Below are positions 1-9,098 of a stretch of 24,202 nt of DNA, one piece after another. Where the stretch lies: positions 1 to 24,202 of IMG/VR virus record IMGVR_UViG_3300049137_000071; one strand, given 5' to 3'. The position numbers were made by a program, and so were the translations under genes. This stretch comes from a virus. Taxonomy: Duplodnaviria; Caudoviricetes. The notes beneath the pieces are model-generated. The model did not search any database and was not told where the DNA came from. It saw nothing but the letters and a program-made list of their open reading frames with translations. The stretch's first letter is position 1; each line of letters opens with the position of its first letter.

Positions 1-82
1 GCGCATGACCGCGAGTTTGGCCCGCGTTTCTGAGGATCCTGTAACCGGCCGTCACTATGCGTGACAGGGGTGGGGGTGGGTC

Positions 83-541
83 ATGGGCGAGCGCGGACCC
101 ATCGGACAGCCGGACAACGTCCGGGCCCTGCGGGGCAACCCCGGCGGCCGGCCTACGCCCGAGCGTGTGACCGCACCCCCCGGCGTGCCGGAGCCCCCGG
201 ACTGGCTGGACGCCGAGGCGATGGCCGAGTGGGACCGCATCGTGCCCGAGCTGAACCGGCTCGGCGTCCTGGCCCTGGTCGACCGGGCCGCCCTGACGAC
301 GTACTGCGCCGCGTGGTCCGTGTTCGTGCGGGCCGAGAAGGCTCTGCAGGAGGACGACCTGGTGGCCGAGCGCCGCGCGGGCAACGGCCCGTCGAAAAGT
401 CCGGGCTGGCAGATCTGGCGGGAGGCGGCCACGACCGTGAGCGCGCTCGCCAAGGAGCTGTTCATCACCCCGAGCTCGCGTCTGCGGTCGGTGAAACCGG
501 AGGCTGACGATGGCAACGAGGGGGACGGCATCCTCGACTAG
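83..541 (+). CDS. terS: Phage terminase small subunit, P27 family
   Basis: 152 aa. N-terminal RGP..P...LRGNPGGRP, PPDWL...A..EW.RIVPEL, D.AAL..YC and C-terminal ELFITPSSRLR are typical of P27-family TerS. Lies directly upstream of terL. Confidence 0.9.
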   Translation: MGERGPIGQPDNVRALRGNPGGRPTPERVTAPPGVPEPPDWLDAEAMAEWDRIVPELNRLGVLALVDRAALTTYCAAWSVFVRAEKALQEDDLVAERRAGNGPSKSPGWQIWREAATTVSALAKELFITPSSRLRSVKPEADDGNEGDGILD

Positions 542-2303
542 GGCTCGGCGTACCAAGCTCACCGCCGAGATCGACCAGGCCATCGCGCGCTGGGTCGACG
601 AGGGCCTGGTCGACTCCACCGAGTGGCTGGCCCAGGGGCGTCGGCCGCTGCTGGTCACCCAGCTGCCCGCAGCGCCCGGTACGTGGTTCGACCCGGAAGC
701 AGTCGAGCGGGTCTTGAAGTTCTTCCTCCTGCTGAAGCAGCTGATCGGCCGCCACGCCGGGCGCGAGTTCCGGCTGATGGACTGGCAGGTTCGCTACCTC
801 ATCGCCCCGGTGTTCGGCCTGAAACGGCCGGACGGCTACCGAGTGATCAGGACCGTCTGGTTCGAGATCCCCCGGAAGAACGGCAAGTCGACCATCTGCT
901 CCGGTCTCGGTCTCTACCTGGCGTTCGCCGACCGGGAGGCCGGGGCCGAGGTCTACGCCGCGGCCGGTGACCGCGACCAGGCGAACATCGTTTTCCGCGC
1001 GGCCGCGAACATGGCCAGCGGCAGCCCTCCGCTGAAGAAGAAGTTGGGCCGGCGCGGTATCCAGCGCAAGTTGCTGGAGCACCCGGTCACCCACTCCATC
1101 TTCCGGGCCCTGTCCTCCGAGGGTCTGCGCGCGCACGGGCTGAACGTTCACGCGGGCGTCATCGACGAGGTCCACGTCCACCGGAACCCTGACGTCGTGG
1201 ACGCGCTGGAGACCGGCACCGGCTCCCGCTCGCAGCCGCTCATCATCTTTATCACCACAGCGGACGACGGCGCCGAGACCGGCAGCATCTACGCCACGAA
1301 GCGCGAGGAGATCGAGGCCCTGGCGGGCGGGCACGCCGAGGACGACACCGTGTTCGGTGTGGTGTTCGGTGCCGACCACGAGGCCGAGGACTTCGACGCG
1401 TTCTCCGAGGACGCACTGCGGACCGCGAACCCCGGTTACAACATCACCGTGCTCGCCGATTATCTGGCGGGCAAGGCCGCGCAGGCGAAGCGCTCCCCGC
1501 AGCAGCTGAACCGGTACCTGCGCCTGCACCTGAACGTCCGCACGAAGCAGACCACCCGGTGGCTGAGCATGGACGACTGGGACCGCTCCGCCCGGGAGCC
1601 GATCTCGAACCTGCCGATCTCTGTCGACCTGGCGGACCTGGAGGGCCGGGACTGCTACGGCGGACTGGACCTGTCCAGCACAACGGACCTGACGTCGTTC
1701 AGCTTGTGGTTCCCGCCTGAGACCGACGACCCCGACGAGCCGCACATCTGGGTGCCGTTCTTCTGGCTGCCGGAGGACAACATCAAGGCCCTGGAGCGCA
1801 CCACGAAGGTGCCGCTCAAGCGGTGGTCGGAGACCGCGGCTCACGAGGGGCCGGCGCTCCGGCTGACCGAAGGGAACGTTGTCGACTACCGCGCAGTGCG
1901 CGCCCTGGTCACCGACAAGCTGAAGTCCCGGTTCAACATCCTGGCCGTGGGCTACGACCGGTGGAACGCGACCGAGACAGTCAGCGAACTGATGGACGCA
2001 GGCGTGGAAATGGAGCAGGTCTCGCAGGGATACGCGGGCCTGAACCAGCCGTGCCAGCAGCTGCAGCGCCTCGTGCTGTCTCAGCGCATCTCGCACGGCG
2101 GCCACCCGATCCTGCGGTGGAACGTCGACTGTGTCGGCATCAAGACCAACTCGGACGGCTACGTGAAGCCGGTCAAGCCTGACCGCCAGGTCAGCAGCAA
2201 GCGCATCGACGGCGTGGCCTCCGGTCTCAACGCCCTGGCCATGCACCTGCTGCGGGCCGAGCCGGACGAGGAGCCCGAGCCGAACGTCCGCTACATCGGC
2301 TGA
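510..2303 (+). CDS. terL: Phage terminase large subunit
   Basis: 597 aa. Walker A IPRKNGKST, Walker B GVIDEVH, coupling motif ITTA, nuclease motifs GGLDLS, YDRWNA and KRIDG. Confidence 0.96.
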   Translation: MATRGTASSTRARRTKLTAEIDQAIARWVDEGLVDSTEWLAQGRRPLLVTQLPAAPGTWFDPEAVERVLKFFLLLKQLIGRHAGREFRLMDWQVRYLIAPVFGLKRPDGYRVIRTVWFEIPRKNGKSTICSGLGLYLAFADREAGAEVYAAAGDRDQANIVFRAAANMASGSPPLKKKLGRRGIQRKLLEHPVTHSIFRALSSEGLRAHGLNVHAGVIDEVHVHRNPDVVDALETGTGSRSQPLIIFITTADDGAETGSIYATKREEIEALAGGHAEDDTVFGVVFGADHEAEDFDAFSEDALRTANPGYNITVLADYLAGKAAQAKRSPQQLNRYLRLHLNVRTKQTTRWLSMDDWDRSAREPISNLPISVDLADLEGRDCYGGLDLSSTTDLTSFSLWFPPETDDPDEPHIWVPFFWLPEDNIKALERTTKVPLKRWSETAAHEGPALRLTEGNVVDYRAVRALVTDKLKSRFNILAVGYDRWNATETVSELMDAGVEMEQVSQGYAGLNQPCQQLQRLVLSQRISHGGHPILRWNVDCVGIKTNSDGYVKPVKPDRQVSSKRIDGVASGLNALAMHLLRAEPDEEPEPNVRYIG

Positions 2304-2321
2304 CCATCCCAGGGGGGTGCC

Positions 2322-2492
2322 ATGAACGACCGTGCCCAATGGGTGTGTGAGCTGGCCGGACTGATCGCAGCGGTAGCCGGAGTGGTGGTGGTCGCCATCG
2401 CGCTCTGGAGCGTGCTGGGCGCCGGCCTTTCCTTGCTCGCGGTATCGCTGCCGCTGCTCGTCCTCGGCAACCTGCGCAAGGGGGACAGCTGA
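2322..2492 (+). CDS. Small hydrophobic (membrane) protein, 56 aa
   Basis: Read by hand, not in the ORF track: MNDRAQWVCELAGLIAAVAGVVVVAIALWSVLGAGLSLLAVSLPLLVLGNLRKGDS. A G-rich RBS precedes it and its stop overlaps the portal ATG (TGATG). Confidence 0.75.
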   Translation: MNDRAQWVCELAGLIAAVAGVVVVAIALWSVLGAGLSLLAVSLPLLVLGNLRKGDS

Positions 2493-4429
2493 TGCCCCTC
2501 ATCCGCAACCTCCTGACCGGCCGGACCAAGCGCAGCCGATCGAGCATGCCGCGCCTGGACGGCCGCTCGACGTCAGCCGGCGTCAGCGTCTCCCCAGACC
2601 GGGCCCTGCAGGTCGCCGCCGTGTTCTCCTCGGTGCGGCTGTTGGCCGAGACCGGCAGCATGCTGCCGACCGGCGTGTTCCAGCGGTCGGGCAACACCCG
2701 CCTGCCCTCGATGCAACACCCGCTGGCACCGCTGCTGACCTACCAGGCCAACCCGCACCTGCCCTCCGGGGAGCTGTGGGCGCAGGTCCTGGGATGGATG
2801 CTGACCCGGGGCAACGCCGGGGTGTACATCGAGCGGAACAACGCCGGACGTGAGGTCGGGCTGTGGCCGGTGTCGTGGCCGAGCGTGGAGACCCGCCGGG
2901 TGAAGGACACCGGGGAGCTGTTCTACAAAATCACGCTGGAGGATGATGAGTGGGCGCCGATCCGTGAAGAAGGCGGCCTGGTCCGGGCCGAGAACTTCCT
3001 GCACTTCAAGTCGTTCGGGGTCGGTGGTACCGAGGGCCTGTCCCCGATCGGCATGGCCCGTCAGTCCATCGGCACCGGGTGGGCGGCCACCTCCTACATC
3101 GGAGGTTTCTTTGCCCGCGACGCCTCTCCCGGCAGCACGATCTCGGTTCCGGGCAAGCTGTCCGACGAGCAGTTCGAGCGGCTGCTGCGCCAGTGGAACG
3201 ACAACCACGAAGGTTTCGAGAACTCGAACCGCATCGGGGTGATGGAGGGCGGCGCGAAGTGGGAGAAGACCACCCTCTCCCCGGCGGACGCCCAGTTCCT
3301 TGAGGTCTACAAGATGACCCGGGCGGAGATCGCGGGCATCTACGGTGTGCCCCCGCACATGATCGGTGATGTGGAGCGGTCCACGTCGTGGGGATCAGGC
3401 ATCGAGCAGCAGTCCCTCGGCTACGTCATCTACTCGCTGATGCCGTGGCTGACCCGCATGGAACGCACCACGCAGCGCCTGCTCGGTGACCCCTCCCTCT
3501 ACCTCAAGTTCAACCCGGACGCGCTGCTGCGCGGGGACACGACACAGCGGTACGCCGCCTACGCCCAGGCCCGCCAGTGGGGATGGATGTCCGTCAACGA
3601 CATCCGTACCAAGGAGGACGAGCCGCCGATCGAGGGCGGGGACGAGTACGTGGTCCCGCTCAACATGTCGCCAGCAGGGCAGGCCGCACCGCCCGAGCAG
3701 CGGGCGCTACCGGCCCGCCAGGTGCGCGCGGGCGAGACGGCAGAGACGCCCTCGGCGGAGGAACTCCCGTCCTGGATCACGCGGCACTTCGAGGCCATCA
3801 GCGCGTTCTTCGCGGACCAAGGGGATCGAGTCCTGGCCGCGCTGGGCGTGACGCCTGATGCGACGGCCGATGACCTCATCGACCTGGTGGTGGACAACGA
3901 GGCGCTGACGGAGATCCTCTTTCAGCTGGCGCTCGGCCTCACGCAGGAAGTTGGGGCTGCGACGGCGGCCGCGCTCGGCGGCACGTTCACCGTGAGTGAG
4001 ACATCGGCGGCGCTCGCCGCGTCGGCTGCGTCGACCGCGGCGAACATCAACGGGACCACGGTCGAGAAGCTGGCGAGCACGATCAACCTGGCGCAGGCGC
4101 CGGCCGACATCCGTAAGGACGCGCGGGCCATGTTCGATGGGATGACCGAGTCTCGGGCGCGCGTGCTCGCACAGGCCCGGGTTTCCCAGACCAGCAACTT
4201 CGCCGCGCACGAGGGTGCGAAGCAGGGCGGCGCACGGACGAAGACGTGGCGGGTCTGGGATGCGAACCCGCGCAAGACCCATCAGCGGGCTGACGGCCAG
4301 ACCGTGGGGATTCGCGAGGACTTCACCGTCGGCAAGCGCCAGGGGCGCTGGCCGCATGATCACCGGCTCGGTGTCGACGAGATTGCCGGGTGTACTTGCC
4401 GACTGCAGTTCAACCGGGAGGAATCCTGA
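2492..4429 (+). CDS. HK97-family portal protein with C-terminal MuF/SPP1-gp7-like head morphogenesis domain
   Basis: 645 aa. Portal motifs ALQVAAVFSSV, GLSPI, IAGIYGVPPHMIG, WGSGIEQQ, GWMSVNDIR..EDEPPIEGGD run to ~aa 390. The C-terminus has KTW...R.TH...DGQ......F.VG.....P.D......I.GCTC, resembling the MuF signature. Confidence 0.92.
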   Translation: MPLIRNLLTGRTKRSRSSMPRLDGRSTSAGVSVSPDRALQVAAVFSSVRLLAETGSMLPTGVFQRSGNTRLPSMQHPLAPLLTYQANPHLPSGELWAQVLGWMLTRGNAGVYIERNNAGREVGLWPVSWPSVETRRVKDTGELFYKITLEDDEWAPIREEGGLVRAENFLHFKSFGVGGTEGLSPIGMARQSIGTGWAATSYIGGFFARDASPGSTISVPGKLSDEQFERLLRQWNDNHEGFENSNRIGVMEGGAKWEKTTLSPADAQFLEVYKMTRAEIAGIYGVPPHMIGDVERSTSWGSGIEQQSLGYVIYSLMPWLTRMERTTQRLLGDPSLYLKFNPDALLRGDTTQRYAAYAQARQWGWMSVNDIRTKEDEPPIEGGDEYVVPLNMSPAGQAAPPEQRALPARQVRAGETAETPSAEELPSWITRHFEAISAFFADQGDRVLAALGVTPDATADDLIDLVVDNEALTEILFQLALGLTQEVGAATAAALGGTFTVSETSAALAASAASTAANINGTTVEKLASTINLAQAPADIRKDARAMFDGMTESRARVLAQARVSQTSNFAAHEGAKQGGARTKTWRVWDANPRKTHQRADGQTVGIREDFTVGKRQGRWPHDHRLGVDEIAGCTCRLQFNREES

Positions 4430-5169
4430 TGCGGACACGTGAGGTGCGGGCCTTCCCGCTCCAGAACCTGAGGATCACCCGAGCCGACGAGAAGCTGGGC
4501 CGCCTGGAGTTCCACGGCCGCAGCATCGTCTACGACTCGCTGTCCGAGGACATGGGGGGCTGGCGTGAGCGCATCATGCCGGGCGCTGCGACACGCACGC
4601 TGGGAATGGCCCCGGACGTGCGCTTCCTGATCAACCATGATCCGAACCTGCTGCTGGGCCGTACTGCGTCCGGTACCGCCGACCTGTCCGAAGAACCGGA
4701 CGAGGGCGTGGACGTGGACGCGCGGATGGCGGACGTGTCTTACGCCCGCGACCTGGCGGTGTCCCTGGAACGTGGCGACATCAACCAGATGTCGTTCGGG
4801 TTCTGGGTCACCGCCGACGGCTGGGCCGGGAACACGCACGAAGTTTTCGGCATCGACCTCGACGGCGGCGACGTCTCCGTTGTCACCTACCCGGCGTTCG
4901 CCGCGACGTCGGCCGAGCTCCGGTCCGCGGCCGCGCGGCACACCGGGCAGGAGTCCGCACCGGAGCCGGAGGCCGTGACACGGGCGCTGGCCGAGGTCCG
5001 TGCGGGCAAGGTCCTCTCGGCCTCGAACCGACAGCTGGTCGCCGACGCACACGACGCGCTTGGCGCGCTGCTGGAGGCCGCCGATCGATCGGCCCCGGGC
5101 CCGCAGGCGTACCCGCACGAGCGGGCCCGCCACCGGCTGCGCGAGCTGGAGATGCTCGCCAGCCTCTGA
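4429..5169 (+). CDS. HK97-family prohead (maturation) protease
   Basis: Start placed at ATG 4429 (TGATG overlap, GGAGG RBS); 246 aa. Motifs FLINHD...LLGRT, MSFGF and DVSVVTYPAF. Confidence 0.93.
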   Translation: MRTREVRAFPLQNLRITRADEKLGRLEFHGRSIVYDSLSEDMGGWRERIMPGAATRTLGMAPDVRFLINHDPNLLLGRTASGTADLSEEPDEGVDVDARMADVSYARDLAVSLERGDINQMSFGFWVTADGWAGNTHEVFGIDLDGGDVSVVTYPAFAATSAELRSAAARHTGQESAPEPEAVTRALAEVRAGKVLSASNRQLVADAHDALGALLEAADRSAPGPQAYPHERARHRLRELEMLASL

Positions 5170-5224
5170 CTTCCCGGCCGACCGGCCCGGGACGCACCAT
5201 CCCACCCATCATGAGGAGAACCCC

Positions 5225-6430
5225 ATGCCCACCAGCGTGGAGCTGCGTCAGCAGCGGGCCGGCGTCGTCGAGTCGATGCGGTCCATCACCGAGGCGGCCG
5301 AGACCGCGAACCGCGGCCTGGAGGCCGAAGAGCGCCAGTCCTATGACCGGCACGAGCAGGATTTCCGCAGCCTGACCGAACGCATCGAGCGCCTGGAGGC
5401 CGAAGAACTGCGCGCCGCGCAGATGGCGGAGCCGATCCAGCGCAGTCGGCACCGGCCCGATGACGGCGGCCGCGGCAGCGACGAGACCCGCGCTCAGGAA
5501 CGGCGCGGCGCGTTCTTCGAGGCGCTGCGCCGTGGCTCCCGCCAGGCCCCCGAGCGTCGTGCCCTGGTGGAGAACGCGGCGGGAGAGCTGCTCGTGCCGG
5601 AGGACCTGGAGACGGAGATCAACCGGTCCCTGCCGGAGCTGACGATCGTGCGGTCCCTGGCGTCGCAGCGGACGGTGACCTCCAACCGGGTCCGCCGTAG
5701 GTCGCTGGACGAGGTGGCCGTGGGCTGGGGCAAGCTGGAGACGAACGAGCAGGAGCTGGTCGACTCGATGCCGGGCACCCCGGCCGAGGAGTACACCTAC
5801 ATCGAGGACCTCTACGGTCTGGCGAAGGTGGGCGAGGACGAGCTGGACGACGCCGACGTCAACCTGGACGCCTTCATCCGCGACAGCTTCGCGCGGGCTG
5901 TAGGAGAGGCGGAGGACACCGGTTTCGCTGTCGGCGCCGGGCATGTCGCCCACCAGCCGGTCGGGTTCATGACCAGCCTCGGTGGGGTCCCCACTGTCAC
6001 CGCCGGATCCGCGACGGCCCTGTCTGCGGACGACTTCAAGAAGCTGATTTACGCCACCCCGGCGCAGTACCGGCGCAACGGCCGGTTCGTGATCTCCTCC
6101 GGGGCGGAGCTGACGCTGTCCCTGCTGAAGGACGGCAACGGCAACTACCTGTGGCAGCCCAGCGCCCAGGCCGGCCGCCCCAACACGTTCCTCGGGTACG
6201 CGGTGGAGAACCAGGAGGACCTCGCGGCGGCCGCCGCCGGCGCGAGCGTCGCCGCGTTCGGCGACTTCAACGCGGGCTACCGGATCTACGACCGGCAGGG
6301 CATGACCGTCAAGGTCCTGGACCAGCTCTACGCGGAGGACGGGCTGATCGGCTGGAAGATCCGCAAGCGCGTGGGCGGAGACGTCATCCGCCCACAGGCC
6401 CTGCGCATCCTGAAGATGGCGGCCGCCTGA
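5225..6430 (+). CDS. HK97-fold major capsid protein
   Basis: Start placed at ATG 5225 after GAGGAG; 401 aa. N-terminal coiled-coil delta domain, GELLVPE, LKDGNGNYLWQP, LGY.V, FGDF..GY.I.DR and R.GG.V..P.A. Confidence 0.95.
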   Translation: MPTSVELRQQRAGVVESMRSITEAAETANRGLEAEERQSYDRHEQDFRSLTERIERLEAEELRAAQMAEPIQRSRHRPDDGGRGSDETRAQERRGAFFEALRRGSRQAPERRALVENAAGELLVPEDLETEINRSLPELTIVRSLASQRTVTSNRVRRRSLDEVAVGWGKLETNEQELVDSMPGTPAEEYTYIEDLYGLAKVGEDELDDADVNLDAFIRDSFARAVGEAEDTGFAVGAGHVAHQPVGFMTSLGGVPTVTAGSATALSADDFKKLIYATPAQYRRNGRFVISSGAELTLSLLKDGNGNYLWQPSAQAGRPNTFLGYAVENQEDLAAAAAGASVAAFGDFNAGYRIYDRQGMTVKVLDQLYAEDGLIGWKIRKRVGGDVIRPQALRILKMAAA

Positions 6431-6753
6431 TGACCCGTATCCGCATCACCTCCGCCACGTCCGTGTCCGACGGCGCCGGGAACCGCTACGGGGCAGGTCA
6501 GGTCGTGTCCGTCCCTGACGATTTGGCCACGGCCTGGCTCGCGGCCGGGCACGCCGAGCCATACGAGGCGGCCGTTCCCCAGCGGCAGGTGGGCACATCC
6601 CGTCGTCAGGCCGCAGACGGCCGCCGACGGGCCACCCGACAGGCCCCGCGTACCGCCGCCACGAAGACGGCCGGAGTCACCAGCCCGAAGGACGCAGCGG
6701 TCGACGACTCCGGCACGACCAACGACAGCGGCGCCCCGTCGTCCGATAGCTGA
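6430..6753 (+). CDS. Hypothetical virion-module protein (107 aa) downstream of capsid
   Basis: TGATG coupling to the capsid stop. Compact N-terminal domain (GQVVSVPDDLATAWLAAGHAEP) followed by a basic low-complexity tail, as often seen after HK97-type capsid genes. Confidence 0.7.
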   Translation: MTRIRITSATSVSDGAGNRYGAGQVVSVPDDLATAWLAAGHAEPYEAAVPQRQVGTSRRQAADGRRRATRQAPRTAATKTAGVTSPKDAAVDDSGTTNDSGAPSSDS

Positions 6754-6766
6754 GGGAGGAGGAGCC

Positions 6767-7315
6767 GTGGCAGAACCCTGGGTCACACCGGAGGAGCTCC
6801 GGCTCCACCTGCGCCTGGCCGTCATCGATGAGGAGCAGGCCGCCGAGAAGATCGCGGCAGCCGAAACCGTCATCCGCGCCGAGCTCCAGCAGAGCATCGA
6901 CGCAGTGACGGGTGATGCCGTCGACCTGGTCGGCAACGGGCGCAAGGTCATCAACCTGCCCGAACGGCCGGTCACGGCCGTCGATGCAGTCACGATCGAC
7001 GGCCACGCCCCACTCATCAGTACCGAGTACCGGTGGAACCGGTACGGCATCCTGACCCGCCTCGGCGGCTGCTGGCCGCTGGACGCAGTGATCACCGTGC
7101 TCTGCGACCACGGGTACGCCACCACGCCCGCACCGGTGAAGCAGGTCTGTCTTCAGGTCGCCGGCCGGGCGTGGGTGCGGCCCAGTACCGGGCTGGCGGC
7201 TGAGGCCCTCGGGGACCGGTCGGTGACCTACGACAAGGAGCGCACGGGTGAGGCGCTCAGCGACTACGAGCTGCGGCTCCTCGCCCCCTACGGGCGCGGG
7301 CCCGAGAGCAGGTGA
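6767..7315 (+). CDS. Head-to-tail adaptor (SPP1 gp15/HK97 gp6-like)
   Basis: 182 aa, GTG start after GGAGGAG. Motifs VTPEELRLHL, LPERPVTAV, HGY...P..VKQV, E.LGD.SVTY and L.PY; synteny. Confidence 0.85.
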   Translation: MAEPWVTPEELRLHLRLAVIDEEQAAEKIAAAETVIRAELQQSIDAVTGDAVDLVGNGRKVINLPERPVTAVDAVTIDGHAPLISTEYRWNRYGILTRLGGCWPLDAVITVLCDHGYATTPAPVKQVCLQVAGRAWVRPSTGLAAEALGDRSVTYDKERTGEALSDYELRLLAPYGRGPESR

Positions 7316-7318
7316 CCC

Positions 7319-7645
7319 GTGGACATCACCCACCTGCTCAACCGCGTTCTTGAGGTGTGGCGGACAACGACCGTGCCGGACGGTGCGGGCGGCGAGGAGA
7401 CCACCCTCGCCCGCCTGGCCGACGTCCCGGCGAAGGTCGACCAGCCGTCAGCCGCGGACCGGTTGCTGGCCCAACAGGCCGGGGCCGCGCACACCCACGA
7501 CATCTACCTCCTGCCGGACGCCGACGTGCAGCGCGGCGACGAACTGCGCGGCAACGGCCAGGTGTTCCACGTCGGCTACGTCGTGGAACCGTCGGCGCCC
7601 GTCTACCGCAAGGCGGAGGCCGAGCTCACCCAGAGAGGGGCCTGA
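7319..7645 (+). CDS. Head closure / head-tail stopper (SPP1 gp16-like)
   Basis: 108 aa with PDGAGG turn and DVQRGDEL..G..F.V; position after the adaptor. Confidence 0.82.
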   Translation: MDITHLLNRVLEVWRTTTVPDGAGGEETTLARLADVPAKVDQPSAADRLLAQQAGAAHTHDIYLLPDADVQRGDELRGNGQVFHVGYVVEPSAPVYRKAEAELTQRGA

Positions 7646-7646
7646 C

Positions 7647-7826
7647 ATGGCGGACGAGACACCGGCACGCGCACCGCTGCCGCCCGATTCGCTGGAGTGC
7701 CGGCAGAAAGCCGCAGCGCTCCTGACGGCAGACATCGCCTCGCCAGCCGAGGCGACCGCATGGGTGCTGCTGGCCATCGCCGGGGACCTGGCGGCCATCC
7801 GCCGAGACCTGGGAAAGCGGCGCTGA
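7647..7826 (+). CDS. Hypothetical protein, 59 aa
   Basis: ATG 1 nt after the previous stop with GAGGGG RBS. TGATG overlap with the next gene; it exactly fills the gap. Confidence 0.65.
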   Translation: MADETPARAPLPPDSLECRQKAAALLTADIASPAEATAWVLLAIAGDLAAIRRDLGKRR

Positions 7827-8203
7827 TGGCCCGCCGCAGGGGTGCCACCGTGCGCATCACTGGCCTCGACCAGCTGCGCGAACGCCTGGCCGAGCTGGAG
7901 CCGCAGCTGGTCGAGGCATCGAAGCGGGCGGTCGAGGCGTCAGCTGAGGCGGTCCGGGACGACACGCGCCAGAACGTGCGGGTGAAGACCGGCAACCTGC
8001 GGGACAAGGTCGCCATCCACTACTCCAGCGACCACCTGAAAGCCTCGGTGGGGTGGAAGGACCGGGCCGACTGGTACGCGGTGGCGCAGGAGCTCGGCAC
8101 GAAGAGCATCCCCGCCCAGCCTGCTCTGGGCCCTGCGGCGGAGGCCGAGCGCGCACGGTTCGAAGCGAGGCTGCGAGCCGAGATCGAAAGGATCCTGCGA
8201 TGA
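7826..8203 (+). CDS. HK97 gp10-like neck/tail completion protein
   Basis: 125 aa from ATG 7826. Motifs ITGLDQL, V.TGNLR, Y...QELGT..IPAQP.L.PA. Confidence 0.88.
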   Translation: MARRRGATVRITGLDQLRERLAELEPQLVEASKRAVEASAEAVRDDTRQNVRVKTGNLRDKVAIHYSSDHLKASVGWKDRADWYAVAQELGTKSIPAQPALGPAAEAERARFEARLRAEIERILR

Positions 8204-8616
8204 GCGCACAGTCCCCGCTCCTGCCGATCCAGACGGCCATGTACGAGGCGCTGACCAACGACACGGTGCTGATGGCCCTGGTGACCGGCGTCCACGACTT
8301 CGTACCCGAGAAGGCCGTCTACCCGTACATCGTGATTGGTGAGGCGACCGAGATCCCCCGCAACAGCCAGGACCGCTACGGGTGGGAGACGGTGCCCACG
8401 CTCCACATCTGGGACAAATACCGCGGCTACACACGGGTCCTGCGGATCGGCAGCCGCATCGGTGAGGTCCTGGACCACCAGCGGCTCATCATCCCCGGAT
8501 ACAACCTGGTCGCCATCCGGTTCGAGTTCTCCCAGACCCTCACCGACCCGGAGCCGCCGGGTGACATCCGGCACTTGGTGCTCAGGCACCGGATCGTCAC
8601 CGAGAAACCCATCTGA
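8200..8616 (+). CDS. Tail terminator (DUF3168 / gp17-like)
   Basis: 138 aa from ATG 8200 (ATGA overlap). Motifs Q.A.Y.AL..D..L.ALV.GV.D.VP....YPYI.IG and LHIW; synteny. Confidence 0.85.
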   Translation: MSAQSPLLPIQTAMYEALTNDTVLMALVTGVHDFVPEKAVYPYIVIGEATEIPRNSQDRYGWETVPTLHIWDKYRGYTRVLRIGSRIGEVLDHQRLIIPGYNLVAIRFEFSQTLTDPEPPGDIRHLVLRHRIVTEKPI

Positions 8617-8670
8617 CCCTCCGCCCCGCGCCGCCGGCCCGGGGCTCTACTCCTTGCCCTGGAGGCAGCC

Positions 8671-9084
8671 ATGCCCGGCATCGACGGTTTCGGAACTCTG
8701 CTCAAGCGCGGTGACGGCGCGGAACCCGAGGTGTTCACCGCCATCGCCAACGCCACCAACATCAGCGGTCCGGGCCTCTCCCGGGAAACGATCGACGTCA
8801 GCGCCCACGACAGCCCGGACAAGCACCGCGAGTTCGTCGGCAGCCTCGTCGACCCCGGGGAGGTGACGATCGACGTCAACTACGACCCGGCCGTCCACGA
8901 CGCTCTGGTTGCCGACCTCATCGAGGAGGACCCGGGCAACTACCAGCTTGTGTTCCCCTCCACTCCGCCCGTCACGTGGGCGTTCGCTGCGGTCATGACC
9001 GGGTTCGAGCCGTCCGCCCCCTTCGACGACAAGCTGTCCGCGTCCATCACCTACAAGGTGTCCGGCAAGCCCACCATCGCCTGA
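8671..9084 (+). CDS. Major tail (tube) protein
   Basis: 137 aa with GPGLSRETIDVS.HDS....EF...L.D.GE and KVSGKP, a lambda gpV-like tube pattern. Strong GGAGG RBS. Confidence 0.9.
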   Translation: MPGIDGFGTLLKRGDGAEPEVFTAIANATNISGPGLSRETIDVSAHDSPDKHREFVGSLVDPGEVTIDVNYDPAVHDALVADLIEEDPGNYQLVFPSTPPVTWAFAAVMTGFEPSAPFDDKLSASITYKVSGKPTIA

Positions 9085-9098
9085 ACGGAAGTCTCACC

